Of a DNA stretch of 64,000 bases, positions 43,604 to 57,332 are shown one piece after another. Position 1 is the first letter of the stretch, and each line of letters starts with the position of its first letter. The notes under the pieces were generated by a model that was given only the letters and a program-made list of their open reading frames with translations, searched no databases and was not told the DNA's origin. This DNA comes from Octopus vulgaris (lineage: Eukaryota), in assembly GCA_951406725.2 (NCBI GenBank), contig OX597823.1:18910001-18974000 (forward strand), read 5' to 3'. The translations under genes and the position numbers were made by a program.

Positions 43604-44464
43604 CATATATATTATATATATATATATTAAATATATAAATTTGAAAAAAACACCTTTTATCAATTCAATAATGAAAAATTAAATTACATATTATAGAAGT
43701 AATTTAAATTACATATTAAGATTACATATTATAGAAAGATTAAATATAAGATAAAGCATATAACCATGATTAAGTTATGTGCAAAAAAATAAATAAAACG
43801 TATATATTTGGTTGAATAACGAACGTGTTCGTGGCTATATTTAAGAAATGATAAAAGAAAAATAATAGTAGTGGGAGTAAAATCACTTCCTTATAAATAT
43901 AACCACTCTTCAGGTTAAATATAACAACAATAATAAAATAATTAATTAGATAAATTAATAAATATACGTAAAAAATCATGTAAAATATGAAATATCTTAA
44001 CAAATATATTCTTGTTTAAAAAATAAGATACAATTAGTTAAAATATTTAAAACAAATATATATATATATATATATATAAGATACAAAATATACATTAAAT
44101 GAAAACTAAATACTACAATTTAAACTATATACATTAAATCAAATTATTAATTAATTTATTTATTTAATAAACAACCAAATAAAGTATCATGCCCATTAAG
44201 TAATTTATACTAAAAACCTTAATGTTAAGTAATATACACAATACTAGTACAAGCCATAGATACTGGAACCAAAAATAGGAAATGGTTCAAATATACACAC
44301 TTCCATTAGATAAATTAACTATATTATTAATATATACGTAGTATCTATAGATTTACTATTTCACTCCATAATATAGTTGACCAAAATATTAATTGTTATA
44401 AAACTAATTTACTTACATTTAATACTACGTAATAAATATCCCACCTAATTTTTAAATAATGTAT

Positions 44465-44683
44465 TAAATAATAAATATTGTATTGTCTTACAAAACTAAT
44501 TCTCAAATTAAATCATGTGTACTACGTTAAATCCCATTATAAAAATAATAATAAACCATACTAAATAAATAGATATCTATTTATTTAGCATGCTTTATTA
44601 TTATTTTATAAAGAGATTTAACGTATTAAACATAATTTAATTTGAGAATTAGTTTTGTAAGACAATACAATATTTATTGTTTA
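44465..44683. repeat. About 220-bp imperfect AT-rich palindrome
   Basis: Centre AGAT|ATCT at 44574/44575; arms are reverse complements. Confidence 0.9.
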
Positions 44684-44839
44684 TACACCTATCTTCGTCT
44701 TTTGTGTTGTCTGTAAAGTTCAACTATATATATATATATATATATAAACCTCCTAAAACTAGAAGCCTTTCATTAAGGATTATCCTGGCATAATCAGACT
44801 ACCAATAAAGGACAATCAAGCAATACCAATATATGTGTT

Positions 44840-45335
44840 ATCATGTTCATTGTTTTATCTTGGTATAAAAGATGGACTACAGCAAATATTCTGCTCAATA
44901 CCACAAATTTGCTTGTCAGTTGTTTGACCTTAACCAGTTGAGCATGTCCCTTAGTGGCTGATGATATGTGCATCTCCTATCACGAGCAGAAGTAGTGGGG
45001 GAGCATCATAGCCATGTGTTGAGATCGATTCTTTGGGGTTAGAATAATTCACCTCTGGAAACATGGGTGTTTCGTTCAACATCCTTAAACAATCCTTATT
45101 CAGGGAACTTTTGAGCGGGATGGGTCGCTCAACCAGAAGAAAATTCTAACTGGGCCCCACCTGCAAGGTCATGTGCTGTTTATCTTGATATGAGATAACC
45201 ATATCGCGCACATATGGTTGTGATGTATGTGCCTAGTATACCCTTATCAGACGGGTAGTCATGATGGGTATACTGGGCTTCGTATATTTTACCCCAGTGT
45301 CACTTTGATGGTATGCACAGCTCTCTCACTCAATG
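44840..45335 (-). mobile_element. Unclassified repeat-like segment next to (TAA)n with a structured end
   Basis: GC-richer block in AT-rich DNA abutting a TAA tract; hairpin at 45231-45278. Single copy in this window, so repeat status is inferred. Confidence 0.35.
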
Positions 45336-45394
45336 ATAATAATATTAATAATAATAAGTTTCTGATTAGTACATTACTAATCTTTTATTTTTAT

Positions 45395-45700
45395 CAACTC
45401 AAAGGAATGAAAGGCAAAATTAACCTGGGCGGAATTTGAACTTAGAACGTAGCGGCAGAGGAAATACCTATTTCTTTACAACCCACAAAGGGCTAAACAC
45501 AGAGGGAACAAACAAGGACAGACATAGGTATTAAGTCGATTACATCGACCCCCAGTGCGTAACTGGTACTTAATTTATCGACCCCGAAAGGATGAAAGGC
45601 AAAGTCGACCTCAGCGGAATTTGAACTCACAACGTAACGGCAGACGAAATACCGCTAAGCATTTCGCCCGGCCTGCTAACGTTTCTGCCAGCTCGCCGCC
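45395..45700 (-). mobile_element. SINE group B dimer
   Basis: Head plus body followed by a partial second body with the same GAAATACCTATTTCTTTAC junction. Confidence 0.85.
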
Positions 45701-46414
45701 TTTGAATGAGTTAATAATAATGGCTTTTAATTTAAGAACAAGGCCGGCAATTTTTGAAGTGAGTCAGTTAGCCGATATCATCGATCTCAACTACTTTTCT
45801 GGTCATTGTCATGGGAGTTGTTGTTGTTGTAGCTATTGCTGCTGTTGTTGTTGTTGTTTTTGTTGTTATTGTTAACCTTGTTATCGTTGTTAGTATTGTG
45901 TTTGTAGTTGTTATTGTTGTTGGTGTTGTTACTGCTCTTGTACATCTTACTCTTCTTTTCATTGTTGCTATTGTTGCTGTCGTGGCAGCTAGCGCTGTTG
46001 TTGTAGTTGTTCTTGGTGTCACCGTTGTTACTGTCACTCTTAAAGTTAATATAATATCGATTTTCCTCTTCACATCATCTCATCCCATGCGATTGTTGCG
46101 TATGCATATGTGAGTGTGTATAAATGTATATAAATATATATATATATGTATATATTTATATGAACATATATATGTATATGTTTGTGTATGTATATATATA
46201 TATGTATAAGTTTGTGTATGTATATATATATATACATACACATATGGATATACATATACATATATATATATATATGTACATATAAATATATACATGCATA
46301 TGTATATAAATATGTATATGTATATACATATATTTGCATATATACATGTATATATATGTATATACATATATACATGTAAATGTATATAAATATGTAAATG
46401 TATATATATATGCG

Positions 46415-46462
<48 letters not shown>

Positions 46463-46789
46463 CATATATATATATATGAATATACATATATATATTATAC
46501 ATATAAATATATATATTTATATACATATACATACATATATATATATATATACATGTACGTATATTATATATATATGTGTGTGTGTGTATGCGTAAGTGTG
46601 TATATGTGTGTATGTGTGTGTGTATATATGATTACACATGTGTGCATATATGTGTATCTATATTTATATATGTCTGTGTCTGTGTGTATTTATTATCTTC
46701 TTTAATTATTCAGCTCCAAATATTTCTATACAATTAACAATTCACAACAAATTTCCACTTCATTTCACTTGAAATTTCTACTTTAATAA

Positions 46790-46914
<125 letters not shown>

Positions 46915-47494
46915 GTAATCATAATAATCGATATATCTCGATATTTTCTCACACTCCTAATCATATCAGTTACCTGTGATTCATTTATTGAATATTTTGT
47001 ATTGTGTTCGATAGGTGTGTGTGTGTGTGTGTGTGTGGTTGTAGTGGCTATCATCTAGTTACCAATGCGACGGCAACCACGGCTTCATACAGGCACAGTC
47101 GAGACAGCCCGCGAAACTTGGTACAACACGCCATCACTACCACTACGACATCCACTAACCTCACAAACGCTACCACCGCCACCGTTTCCACCATCACCAC
47201 CACCACCACCACCACACAAATAACAACAACAACAACCCGTTTAGCCAAAGAAAAAGGAAGAAGTATGGAAAACTCCTTTTTTCATTAATTAACCAGGATA
47301 TTAATACTGAATGTAATATTGATTAGACGGTTGCTGGATGAGTGGACCGATTATTTGGTGGGTGGTAGGGTGAATTGCTTGGATTGTAGGCTGATTGCTA
47401 GGTTGGTGGGCTCATTGGTTGATTGTTGACTTGATTGCTTGGTTGTTGAGTTGATTGTTAGGTAGACGAGTTGGCTGTTTGGTTATTGTGTCGG

Positions 47495-47795
47495 TTGATT
47501 GATTGATTGATTGATTGAGTGAGTGAGTGAATGATTAATTGATTGAGTGATTGATTTATTAATTGATGATTGATTGAGTGAGTGAGTGATTGAGTGAGTG
47601 ATTGAATGATTAATTGATTGAGTGATTGATTTATTAATTGATTGATTGAGTGAGTGAGTGAGTGAATGATTAATTGATTGAGTGATTGGTTTATTAATTG
47701 ATTGAGTGAGTGAGTGAGTGAGTGAGTGATTAATTGAGTGAGTGAATGATTAATTGATTGAGTGATTGATTTATTAATTGATTGATTGATTGATT
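47495..47795. repeat. Minisatellite built from (GATT)/(GAGT) units
   Basis: GAATGATTAATTGATTGAGTGATTG(A/G)TTTATTAATTG repeated four times. Confidence 0.9.
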
Positions 47796-47874
47796 ATTTG
47801 ATCGCTTCCTTGCTTTGTTGTTTGCTTGCTCGGCTGATTGGTATACACTGATTAATATTGAGTTTAGAATTATG

Positions 47875-48095
47875 CGAGGAGGCGCTGTAAAAGTTCTTGG
47901 CTTTAAGAGTGTCGCGAAAGGGCCTGGCTGGAGGCCAAACCTTCCGAGTCCTCTTACAGGGCTTAGACAAAACTGAATGACCTCTGCAATAAGTGTGGGA
48001 ATCTGAGAGGGGAGACATGTTGAATGAAATCATAATCAACTGATTCTCCAGTATTTTCTTTTACCCAAAGCCAGGAACTTTTCAGCACACCTTCG
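47875..48095 (+). mobile_element. Mariner-derived MITE
   Basis: Imperfect TIRs CGAGG..GCTG.AAAAGTTC.TGGCTTT / AAAGCCAGGAACTTTTCAGC..CCTTCG|TA; second copy at 55505-55669. Confidence 0.8.
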
Positions 48096-48114
48096 TAGAT
48101 AGAGTAAACAATAG

Positions 48115-48190
<76 letters not shown>

Positions 48191-48540
48191 AATATCATGA
48201 AAAATGTCAACATACTAACATAGGCGTAAATTCATATGCGTCGTGCAAGGTTGACGGCAAGGAATTTGCTAATATCTCCACTCGTATCAACTCAATTACC
48301 GCAATGGCGACACTTTTGTTAATATATATTTATATGAATCGTTAACTATAAACAATGCTCTCATATTTTTCCTATTGGAGAGAAAATTAGTTATGCGTTC
48401 ATCACCAGGCACAACTAATCTTTCCGTCGCATCCTCTCTCTCTCTCTCTCTCACTCTCTCTTTCTTTCTCGCCCCACTACTCTCTCTTCCCTTAACTCTC
48501 TCCCACTAGGTGTGAGAGGGAGAGAGGCAAGGGGGGGAGG

Positions 48541-48845
48541 TTAGATGAAGAGGAGAGGAGAGTTAAGCGCATATGGCGCAAAGGAGCGAAGAGTGAAGAT
48601 TAATCCCTGTTCACGGTGCAAACGGAAGCCCGGGTGGCCCCTGTGCAAGGACAATCCGAACACGGACAGGTGTTGCAAAGAGTGACCGGTAGAGCGGAAA
48701 TGGCGCGAGACAGGGGTGCCATTGTTTAGTTGGATGTCTCGGAGGTGTTTCGCGTACCGGTCAGCCAAGCGGCGTCCCGTTGGCCCGATGTATAGAGAAG
48801 GGCAGAGAGAGCAGGGGATGCAGCAGATAACATTGGTAGAAGTGC

Positions 48846-48846
<1 letters not shown>
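48541..48846 (-). pseudogene. Penelope-like GIY-YIG endonuclease C-terminal fragment
   Basis: CTSTNVICCIPCSLCPSLYIGPTGRRLADRYAKHLRDI..PVSRHF..HREQGLIFTLRSFAPYALN. Confidence 0.85.
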
Positions 48847-48880
<34 letters not shown>

Positions 48881-48888
48881 CGTGCGCG

Positions 48889-49207
48889 TGTGTATGTGAA
48901 TATGTGTGTATTTTCCAATGCATCATAAATATAGGAAACCCTTTAATAGGCATAACCTAAAAATTAGTTTTATGAAGCCATAGATATAAAGATAAAAAGT
49001 TTATCCCAGTGTCTGAAACTTTAGGTGTGATTGTTGAATCTTGCTTTGAAACTTCCCTCCGTGTGACCCACATATCTCTTTGACGAAACTGTGTTAGCGT
49101 TCGTAGAATTTACGGTGGCTTCATAAAACTGATTTTTAGATTATGCCTATTCAAAGGTTTCCAATATTTATGATGTATTGGAAAATACACACATATTCAC
49201 ATACACA
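48889..49207. repeat. 92-bp inverted repeat pair with 135-bp spacer
   Basis: 48889-48980 versus 49116-49207. Confidence 0.9.
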
Positions 49208-49245
49208 TGCACACATGTATGTGTGTATATATATATTTATATATT

Positions 49246-49335
<90 letters not shown>

Positions 49336-49811
49336 GGTTTGAATGTAAGTATATATTTATTAATAGCAAGCTCTTCAGCTCGGACTGCACTCTAACATAT
49401 TCTGATAGTTATTGAAAATTTCGTGCTACTTCTTGTGCACTAAATTTGGTAACCCTGGAATCGTGTGTGAAAATGGATAAATTAAATTTAAAAATGATTT
49501 CTACTTCTAAGATCTCTACTTTTAAAGAAATAAATTTGAAGAAAACAAAAACAATGTATAACGGAACACTGGTATTCTTTCGAGTAAACAATAAGAGAAG
49601 CGACCATGCATAACTAAATAATTCAAAACAATTTTAAAAAGGTTTAAGTTAAGATTAAACCTGCTCAGGAGTGACTAGAAGAGGGGATTACGTTTAATGA
49701 TGTGCGCACAACTAATTCTCCTGACAATCACTGTGTGTGCGTGTGTGTGTATGCGTGAGTGAATGTGTGCCTGTGTGTGAGTGTGTGCGCGTGCGTGCTT
49801 GTGTTTATGTG

Positions 49812-50035
49812 AGGCAGAAACGTTAGCACGCCGGGCGAAATGCGTAGCCGTATTTCGTCTGCCGTTACGTTGTGAGTTCAAATTCCGCCGAGGTCGACTT
49901 TGCCTTTCATCCTTTCGGGGTCGATGAATTAAGTACCAGTTACGCACTGGGGTCGATGTAATCGACTTAATCCGTTTGTCTGTCCTTGTTTGTCCCCTCT
50001 GTGTTTAGCCCCTTGTGGGTAATAAAGAAATAAGT
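49812..50035 (+). mobile_element. SINE group B monomer
   Basis: Matches 32245-32465. Confidence 0.9.
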
Positions 50036-50054
50036 ATTAATGTATATATCCGGA

Positions 50055-50226
50055 TAGATAGGTAGATAGAAAGAGAGAGAGAGAGGCGTAAGTAGGTAGG
50101 TAGGTAGGTAGGTAGGTAAATAGGTAGGTAGGTAAGTAAGTTGGTAGGTAGGTAGGTAAGTTGGTAGGTAAGTAGGTAGGTAAGTAGGTAGGTAGGTTGG
50201 TAGGTAGATAGATAGAGATGGATGGG

Positions 50227-50299
<73 letters not shown>

Positions 50300-50367
50300 G
50301 GATAGATAGATAGGTAGGTAGGTAGGTAGGTATGCAGGTTGGTAGGAAGGTAGGTTGGTTGGTAGGT

Positions 50368-50414
<47 letters not shown>

Positions 50415-50460
50415 TGGATAAATAGATAGATGGGTAGGTAGGTTGGTATGTAGGTATGTA
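50055..50460. repeat. (GGTA)/(GATA)/(GA) compound microsatellite
   Basis: Direct inspection. Confidence 0.95.
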
Positions 50461-50523
50461 GTTACATGCATACATACATTAATATATTAATACATATGTA
50501 ATAAAACATGCATTCAATATATA

Positions 50524-51791
50524 CGAGGGGCGTTCAATAAGTAATGCCCCTGACCCACTTGCAGTTGTTTGATCTAGCTGAAATTTTGCATGTGCACTTA
50601 TTTATACCTCTATAGATTAAGTGGCGAATTACAGCTCTGAACTAATTGTGGTTTCTGATTTACAGGTGTTTGAACTGAGTCATGTGTGAAATGGAGCCTG
50701 TTGAGTGTCGAGCAGTGATCTGGTTTTTGTATTTGAAAGGACGCACACCACGGGAGACTTTTGATGAAATGAAAGTAACTTATGGTGATGATGCCCCATC
50801 ATATGACCTTGTAAAACGCTGGCATTGTGAATTCACATAGTCGGAACTCTGTGGAAACAGCTTCCAGATCTGGTCGCCCCCTTCTGCCGTTGATGAGACG
50901 TCTGTCCGTCAAGTTGAGGCTGCCATTTTGAAAGGTCAATGCATAACTATTCGCCAAATAGCCCATAAGGTCAAGATTAGTACCGGGTCTGTGGAAACTA
51001 TCATTCATGACCATTTGCATATGCAAAAGGTGTCTGCCAGATGAATTTCCAGGTTGCTCACACCTTTCCAGAAGCAAGAACGCGTTGAGTGCTCGAGGAT
51101 GAATTTGGAGATGTGCCAAGAAGATGAGTCAAAATTTTTCAAAAGACTGATCACACAGGATAAAACCTGGGTCCATCACTATGATCCATAGACCAAAGCC
51201 CAGTCAATGCAGTGAAAGCACCGTGACTCACCTCCTCCAAAGAAGGCAAGGGTGCAGCCCTCCGCTGACAAGGTCATGCTCACAGTCTTCTGGGACCAGG
51301 ACGGAGTAGTGATGACAGATTTCCTGGCAAAGGGTACCACAATTACAGGAGCCTATTATGCTTCACTTTTGAGGAAATTAAGAGAAGCTATCAAAATCAA
51401 GAGGCGGGGCAAGATCAGCAAAGGCATCCTCCTCCTGCAGGACAACGCTCCGGTCCACAACTCGCGTGTCGCCAGATCAGAAGCACAGGCGTGCAGCTAT
51501 GAACTCCTCCCCTTGCACCCTCTGATTTTCACCTCTTCCCAGCCATGAAGTTGATTTTGAAAGGAAAGCGTTTCCCAGATGATGCAGCCTTGATTTCTGA
51601 AGTCACGTCGTGGTTGGAGGACCAAGCTGGGGTCTTCTACAAAAACGGTATCCAGAGCTGTATCAAACGATGGGAGAAATGCATAACTCTGAGTAGTTCC
51701 TATGTGGAAAAAGACTAATAACTGTGCCAAGTGTAGTTGCTCTACTGCTATGGAAAGTGGGTCAGGGGCATTACTTATTGAACGCCCCTCG
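50524..51791 (+). mobile_element. Full-length mariner transposon (probably irritans/Hsmar2-like)
   Basis: Perfect 37-bp TIRs (50524-50560, 51755-51791), TA duplication, 1268 bp. Confidence 0.97.
50691..51718 (+). pseudogene. Mariner transposase pseudogene
   Basis: MEPVECRAVI.., R*ISRLL (WVPxxL motif with a stop), ITQDKTWVHHYD, KVMLTVFWD, LLLQDNAPVH; most of the HPPYSPD motif deleted before LAPSDF; stops and frameshifts. Confidence 0.93.
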
Positions 51792-51835
51792 TATGAATAT
51801 ATGCACTATATATGTGTGTGTGTATGAGTGTGTGT

Positions 51836-51878
<43 letters not shown>

Positions 51879-51982
51879 TGTTGTGTGTGCTCTAATTGCT
51901 AAGCGATATGCCTTTACATACATGTGAGAACTACCACGATTATACTTAACGCGTGACTAGCCAGCGTAAAGCTATATCTTTA

Positions 51983-52072
<90 letters not shown>

Positions 52073-52113
52073 TGTATGTATGTATGTATGTATGTATGTA
52101 TGCATGTATGTAT

Positions 52114-52436
52114 GTCGGGCCGACCAAAGCCTTGTGAGTGTATTTGGTAGGCGGAAACTGAAAGAATCCCGTCTGTCATATGTGTGTGTTTGTCTCTGTG
52201 TGTGTGTGTGTGTTTGTGTCTTTGCGTCGATGTTTGTCCCCCCTATCATCGCTTGACAATCGGTGTGGGTGTATTTTCGTCCCTGTAAACTTAGCGGTTC
52301 GGCATAAGAAACGATAAAACAAGTACTAGGCTTCATAAATAAGACTTGCGGTTGATTTGTTCGACTAAAATCCTTTAAGACAGTGCTCTAGCATGGTCGC
52401 AACCAAATGACTGAAACAAGTAAAAGAGTAAAAGAG

Positions 52437-52438
<2 letters not shown>
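52114..52438 (+). mobile_element. SINE group A, 5' truncated
   Basis: Body and tail modules. Confidence 0.88.
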
Positions 52439-52468
<30 letters not shown>

Positions 52469-52565
52469 TCTTAGTTACTAATGTTATCAAACTGTGGCCA
52501 TCCTGGGGCACCGTACCGAAGAAATCGATCAGATCACTTCAACTAACTCTTTCTATAAATTTGAA

Positions 52566-52659
<94 letters not shown>

Positions 52660-52848
52660 GTGTGTGTGTGCAGAATTGCACCTAAGGACTCATGCTGTGG
52701 TTTCTATAGCTTCGGAAAGTTAAACTATGAACTTTTATACTTCTTTTTTCTTCTCTCTTTCCATCTCCTTATTCTTTTATTCCCTTCCTCCATATTGTCA
52801 TCTTATCAATATATAACATTATCATTTTCCATCTTTTTCCCCCTATTT

Positions 52849-52909
52849 GTCTCTGATGACGGACCGTCCCATACTAGGGGATATGATATCCCAGAAACAA
52901 CTGTAAGAC
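52849..52909 (+). ncRNA. Type I hammerhead-like motif with atypical domain II
   Basis: GTCT-CTGATGA-(34 nt with two hairpins)-GAAAC-AACT-GTA-AGAC. Confidence 0.5.
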
Positions 52910-53257
52910 TTTGAATTTCTTCCTGTAATAATATTGTATATGACTAGAGATGTTTGCCTTGCCTTAATGTTTGACGTCCTGTTTATTCTATCTTTTTACT
53001 CTGTCGTTTTCTCCTTTCCTTTGTCTTATTCTTTTACCTCCTCTTCTACTATTCTGTCCTTTTGCTCTTTCGTTTTCTCTCTACCTTTCTCTTGTTCTTT
53101 TGCCTCCTCTTCTCCCACTATTCTATCCTTCTACTCTTTGATTTTCTCTCTTCCTTTCTTTTATCTCCCCCTTCTCCCCCTGTCTCTCTTTTCTCTCTTA
53201 TCCTGTCTCCAAATCTTTTCCTCTCCTCTTCACAGTTCTCTATCTGTCACTCTCTCT

Positions 53258-53471
53258 CTTTACTCTTTTACTCTTTTACTTATTTCAGTCATTTGACTGC
53301 GGCCATGCGGGAGCACCGCTTTTAGTCGAGCAAATCGACACCAGGACTTATCCTTTGTAAGCCTTGTACTTATTCTATCGGTCTCTTTTGCCGAACCGCT
53401 AAGTGACGGGGACGTAAACACACCAGCATCGGTTGTCAAGCAATGCTAGGGCGACAAACACACACACACAA

Positions 53472-53505
<34 letters not shown>

Positions 53506-53682
53506 ATATACATATATACGACAGGCTTCTTTCAGTTTCCGTCTACCAAATCCACTCACAAGGCATTGGTCGGCCCGGGGCTATAGCAGAAGACACTTGC
53601 CCAAGATGCCACGCAGTGGGACTGAACCCGGAACCATGTGGTTGGTTAGCAAGCTACTTACCACACAGCCACTCCTGCGCCT
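53258..53682 (-). mobile_element. SINE group A, full length
   Basis: Full modules. Confidence 0.92.
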
Positions 53683-53949
53683 CTCTCTCTCCCTCACTCT
53701 TCCTCCTTTGCTCACGTGGCCCCCACGCGACCATCGGCTATTCTCCTAACTTGTTTTTCTTTCTTTCTTCTTATTTCAGCTGGACTGGGAAGACGTATTC
53801 TTCTCTGTCTCCTGTCCAGATTTGTTTCTTCGCGTTCGCCACCACAACCTCGTTTAGGCTTAGCAGCCCTTCCTGTCTGTTTTTCACTGTCCTGTTTTTG
53901 TCACCAATCTTGACCCTCCGCAAGATCACAAATTTTTATTTAATTTACT

Positions 53950-54158
53950 TCGCAGGAGCAACTGTTTTATCGAAAACGTATCTTGTCGTGAATTACTCGA
54001 AATACGGACTAGAAGAACAGCCGATAACTGATGAAGGGTCGCTCTTTGTGTTACTTGTCTTGTTTTCCGTTTGTTTCGTTCCTTGCAAAAAAAAAGCCCT
54101 TATTCCATGTCCTCGTACTTCGTATTTTTTGTTATGTTTTGTGACGTCCTGTGCCCAC
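53950..54158 (+). mobile_element. Short interspersed repeat (family H2)
   Basis: Aligns with the reverse complement of 16674-16843. Confidence 0.65.
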
Positions 54159-54229
54159 ATATGCATATGTATATACGTATACATATAAGTAGGTACGTAT
54201 ACGTATGTATATATGCATATATATATAAT

Positions 54230-54898
<669 letters not shown>

Positions 54899-54952
54899 AG
54901 AAAAAAGAATATACACACACATACACTCACACACAAAGAGAGAGAGAAATGA

Positions 54953-55291
<339 letters not shown>

Positions 55292-55309
55292 TTATACAGT
55301 GACCATCTC

Positions 55310-55445
55310 ATTGGGAGACATTTGTTTTTTCTCTCTCCATTTCTTTCTCTTGTTTATGCTTTCTGTTGAAGAGCGTTTGCACGAAACGTAAATACCCTTT
55401 CCTTCTTAATGCACTGTGCTTTTTATTCTTCATCTTCGTGTTATA
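55310..55445 (+). mobile_element. Diverged family H1 element (motif at 55359-55394)
   Basis: CTTT-CTGTTGA-A-GAGC-GTTT-GCAC-GAAAC-GTA-AATA. Confidence 0.55.
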
Positions 55446-55504
55446 TATAATTTTTGCTAAGATATATGTATACATATATAAATGTATACACACAAACACA
55501 CACG

Positions 55505-55669
55505 CACTGGAAAGTTCCTGGCTTTGGGTAAAATAAAATGCAAGAGGATCAGTTAATTATGATTCTATTCAGTTTTTCAATGCGTTGTAAAAAGAACTCG
55601 GAAGATTGGACCTCCAGCCAGGACTTTCGCGATACCCTTAAAGCCAGGAACTTTTCAGCGCCCCTCTTG
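55505..55669 (-). mobile_element. Mariner-derived MITE, second copy
   Basis: Reverse complement of 47875-48095 with an internal deletion. Confidence 0.75.
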
Positions 55670-55692
55670 TGTGTGTTCGTGCGTATGTGTGC

Positions 55693-55756
<64 letters not shown>

Positions 55757-55758
<2 letters not shown>

Positions 55759-56161
55759 TCTTTACTCTTTTACTCTTTTACTTGTTTCAGTCATTTGACT
55801 GCATAAAACTGAGCACCACTTTTAATCGAGCAACTCGACCCGGGACTTATTCTTTTGTAAGCCCAGTACTTATTCTATCGGTCTCTTTTGCCAAACCGCT
55901 AAGTAACGGGGACATAAACACACCAGCATCGGTTGTCAAGCAATGCTAGGGGGACAAACACAGACACACAAACACACACACGCATATACATATATATACA
56001 TATATACGACGGGCTTCTTTCAGTTTCCGTCTACCAAATCCACTCACAAGGCTTTGGTCGGCCCGAGGCTATAGTAGAAGACACTTGCCCAAGGTGCCAC
56101 GCAGTGGACTGAACCCGGAACCATGTGGTTGGTAAACAAGCTACTTACCACACAGCCACTC

Positions 56162-56164
<3 letters not shown>
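55757..56164 (-). mobile_element. SINE group A
   Basis: Full modules. Confidence 0.92.
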
Positions 56165-56227
<63 letters not shown>

Positions 56228-56229
<2 letters not shown>

Positions 56230-56445
56230 GGGGAGTTTACGAAAATAAACGAAAGACGAAGGCAGGTGGTGTACAAACAAACAAATGTATTAGTATAACG
56301 CTCAGGAATACAAAAAGTCTTTTACGTTTCGAGCCTACGCTCTTCCACAGAAAGATACACAGAAAAAAAAGAAACAAGGAGAGGAAAAAATGCGTGTAGT
56401 AGCTAACGATCTATCATGGCGTCTGACTTCGGACAGAATGGTCAC
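56228..56445 (-). mobile_element. Family H1 element (variant hammerhead at 56319-56354)
   Basis: CTTT-CTGTGGA-A-GAGC-GTAG-GCTC-GAAAC-GTA-AAAG. Confidence 0.72.
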
Positions 56446-56770
56446 CTACATATAAATATACATATGCATAAATACATACATATGTATGTATGTGTATGTA
56501 AATAATATTGTAATGTATATGTATGTATTTATGTGTACATATATGTCTTTGTATATATAAGTACACATACGTATATATGATGATGTGTATGTGTGTGTGT
56601 ATTACAGTGAGAGTTGGCTATATACATAATGCCTTATTACAAGGCGGATTTAAGCACTATATCATAGTATATTATCAACTATTTAAATGTCAGCGGAAAC
56701 GTGAGTATGTGTGAATACATATCGATGTTAACACGCACATATAGACACGCGCACACGCGCGCGCACATGC

Positions 56771-56834
<64 letters not shown>

Positions 56835-56836
56835 GC

Positions 56837-56860
<24 letters not shown>

Positions 56861-56867
<7 letters not shown>

Positions 56868-56927
56868 CATAAATTATTAGAGAGTTATCCACTATGTGGA
56901 TAACTCTCTAATAATTTATGTATAAAT
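56861..56927. repeat. Perfect 32-bp hairpin with 3-nt loop
   Basis: 56861-56892 is the exact reverse complement of 56896-56927. Confidence 0.95.
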
Positions 56928-57018
56928 TTGTATTTTCTCCGTAGTTTTTTGTGCTAAGCCACTTGGTGTTAAATTGACGGTATTATTAAATTAATATCGA
57001 TTTTTCACCCTCATTTAT

Positions 57019-57083
<65 letters not shown>

Positions 57084-57098
57084 TAAGAGAGAAGATAA

Positions 57099-57139
<41 letters not shown>

Positions 57140-57273
57140 CAGACAGATAGATATAGATATATATAGATATATGTATGTATATATATGTGTGTGTGTGAGT
57201 GTGTGTGTACGTACATACGTGCTCGCATGTGCACGCGCACACGCACTCATACACACACACTCACAGATATAAT

Positions 57274-57332
<59 letters not shown>

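Noticed and set aside
43480-44460. Very AT-rich block as a mitochondrial control-region insertion
   Set aside because: No adjacent mitochondrial gene or tRNA recognised; cannot be supported without a search.
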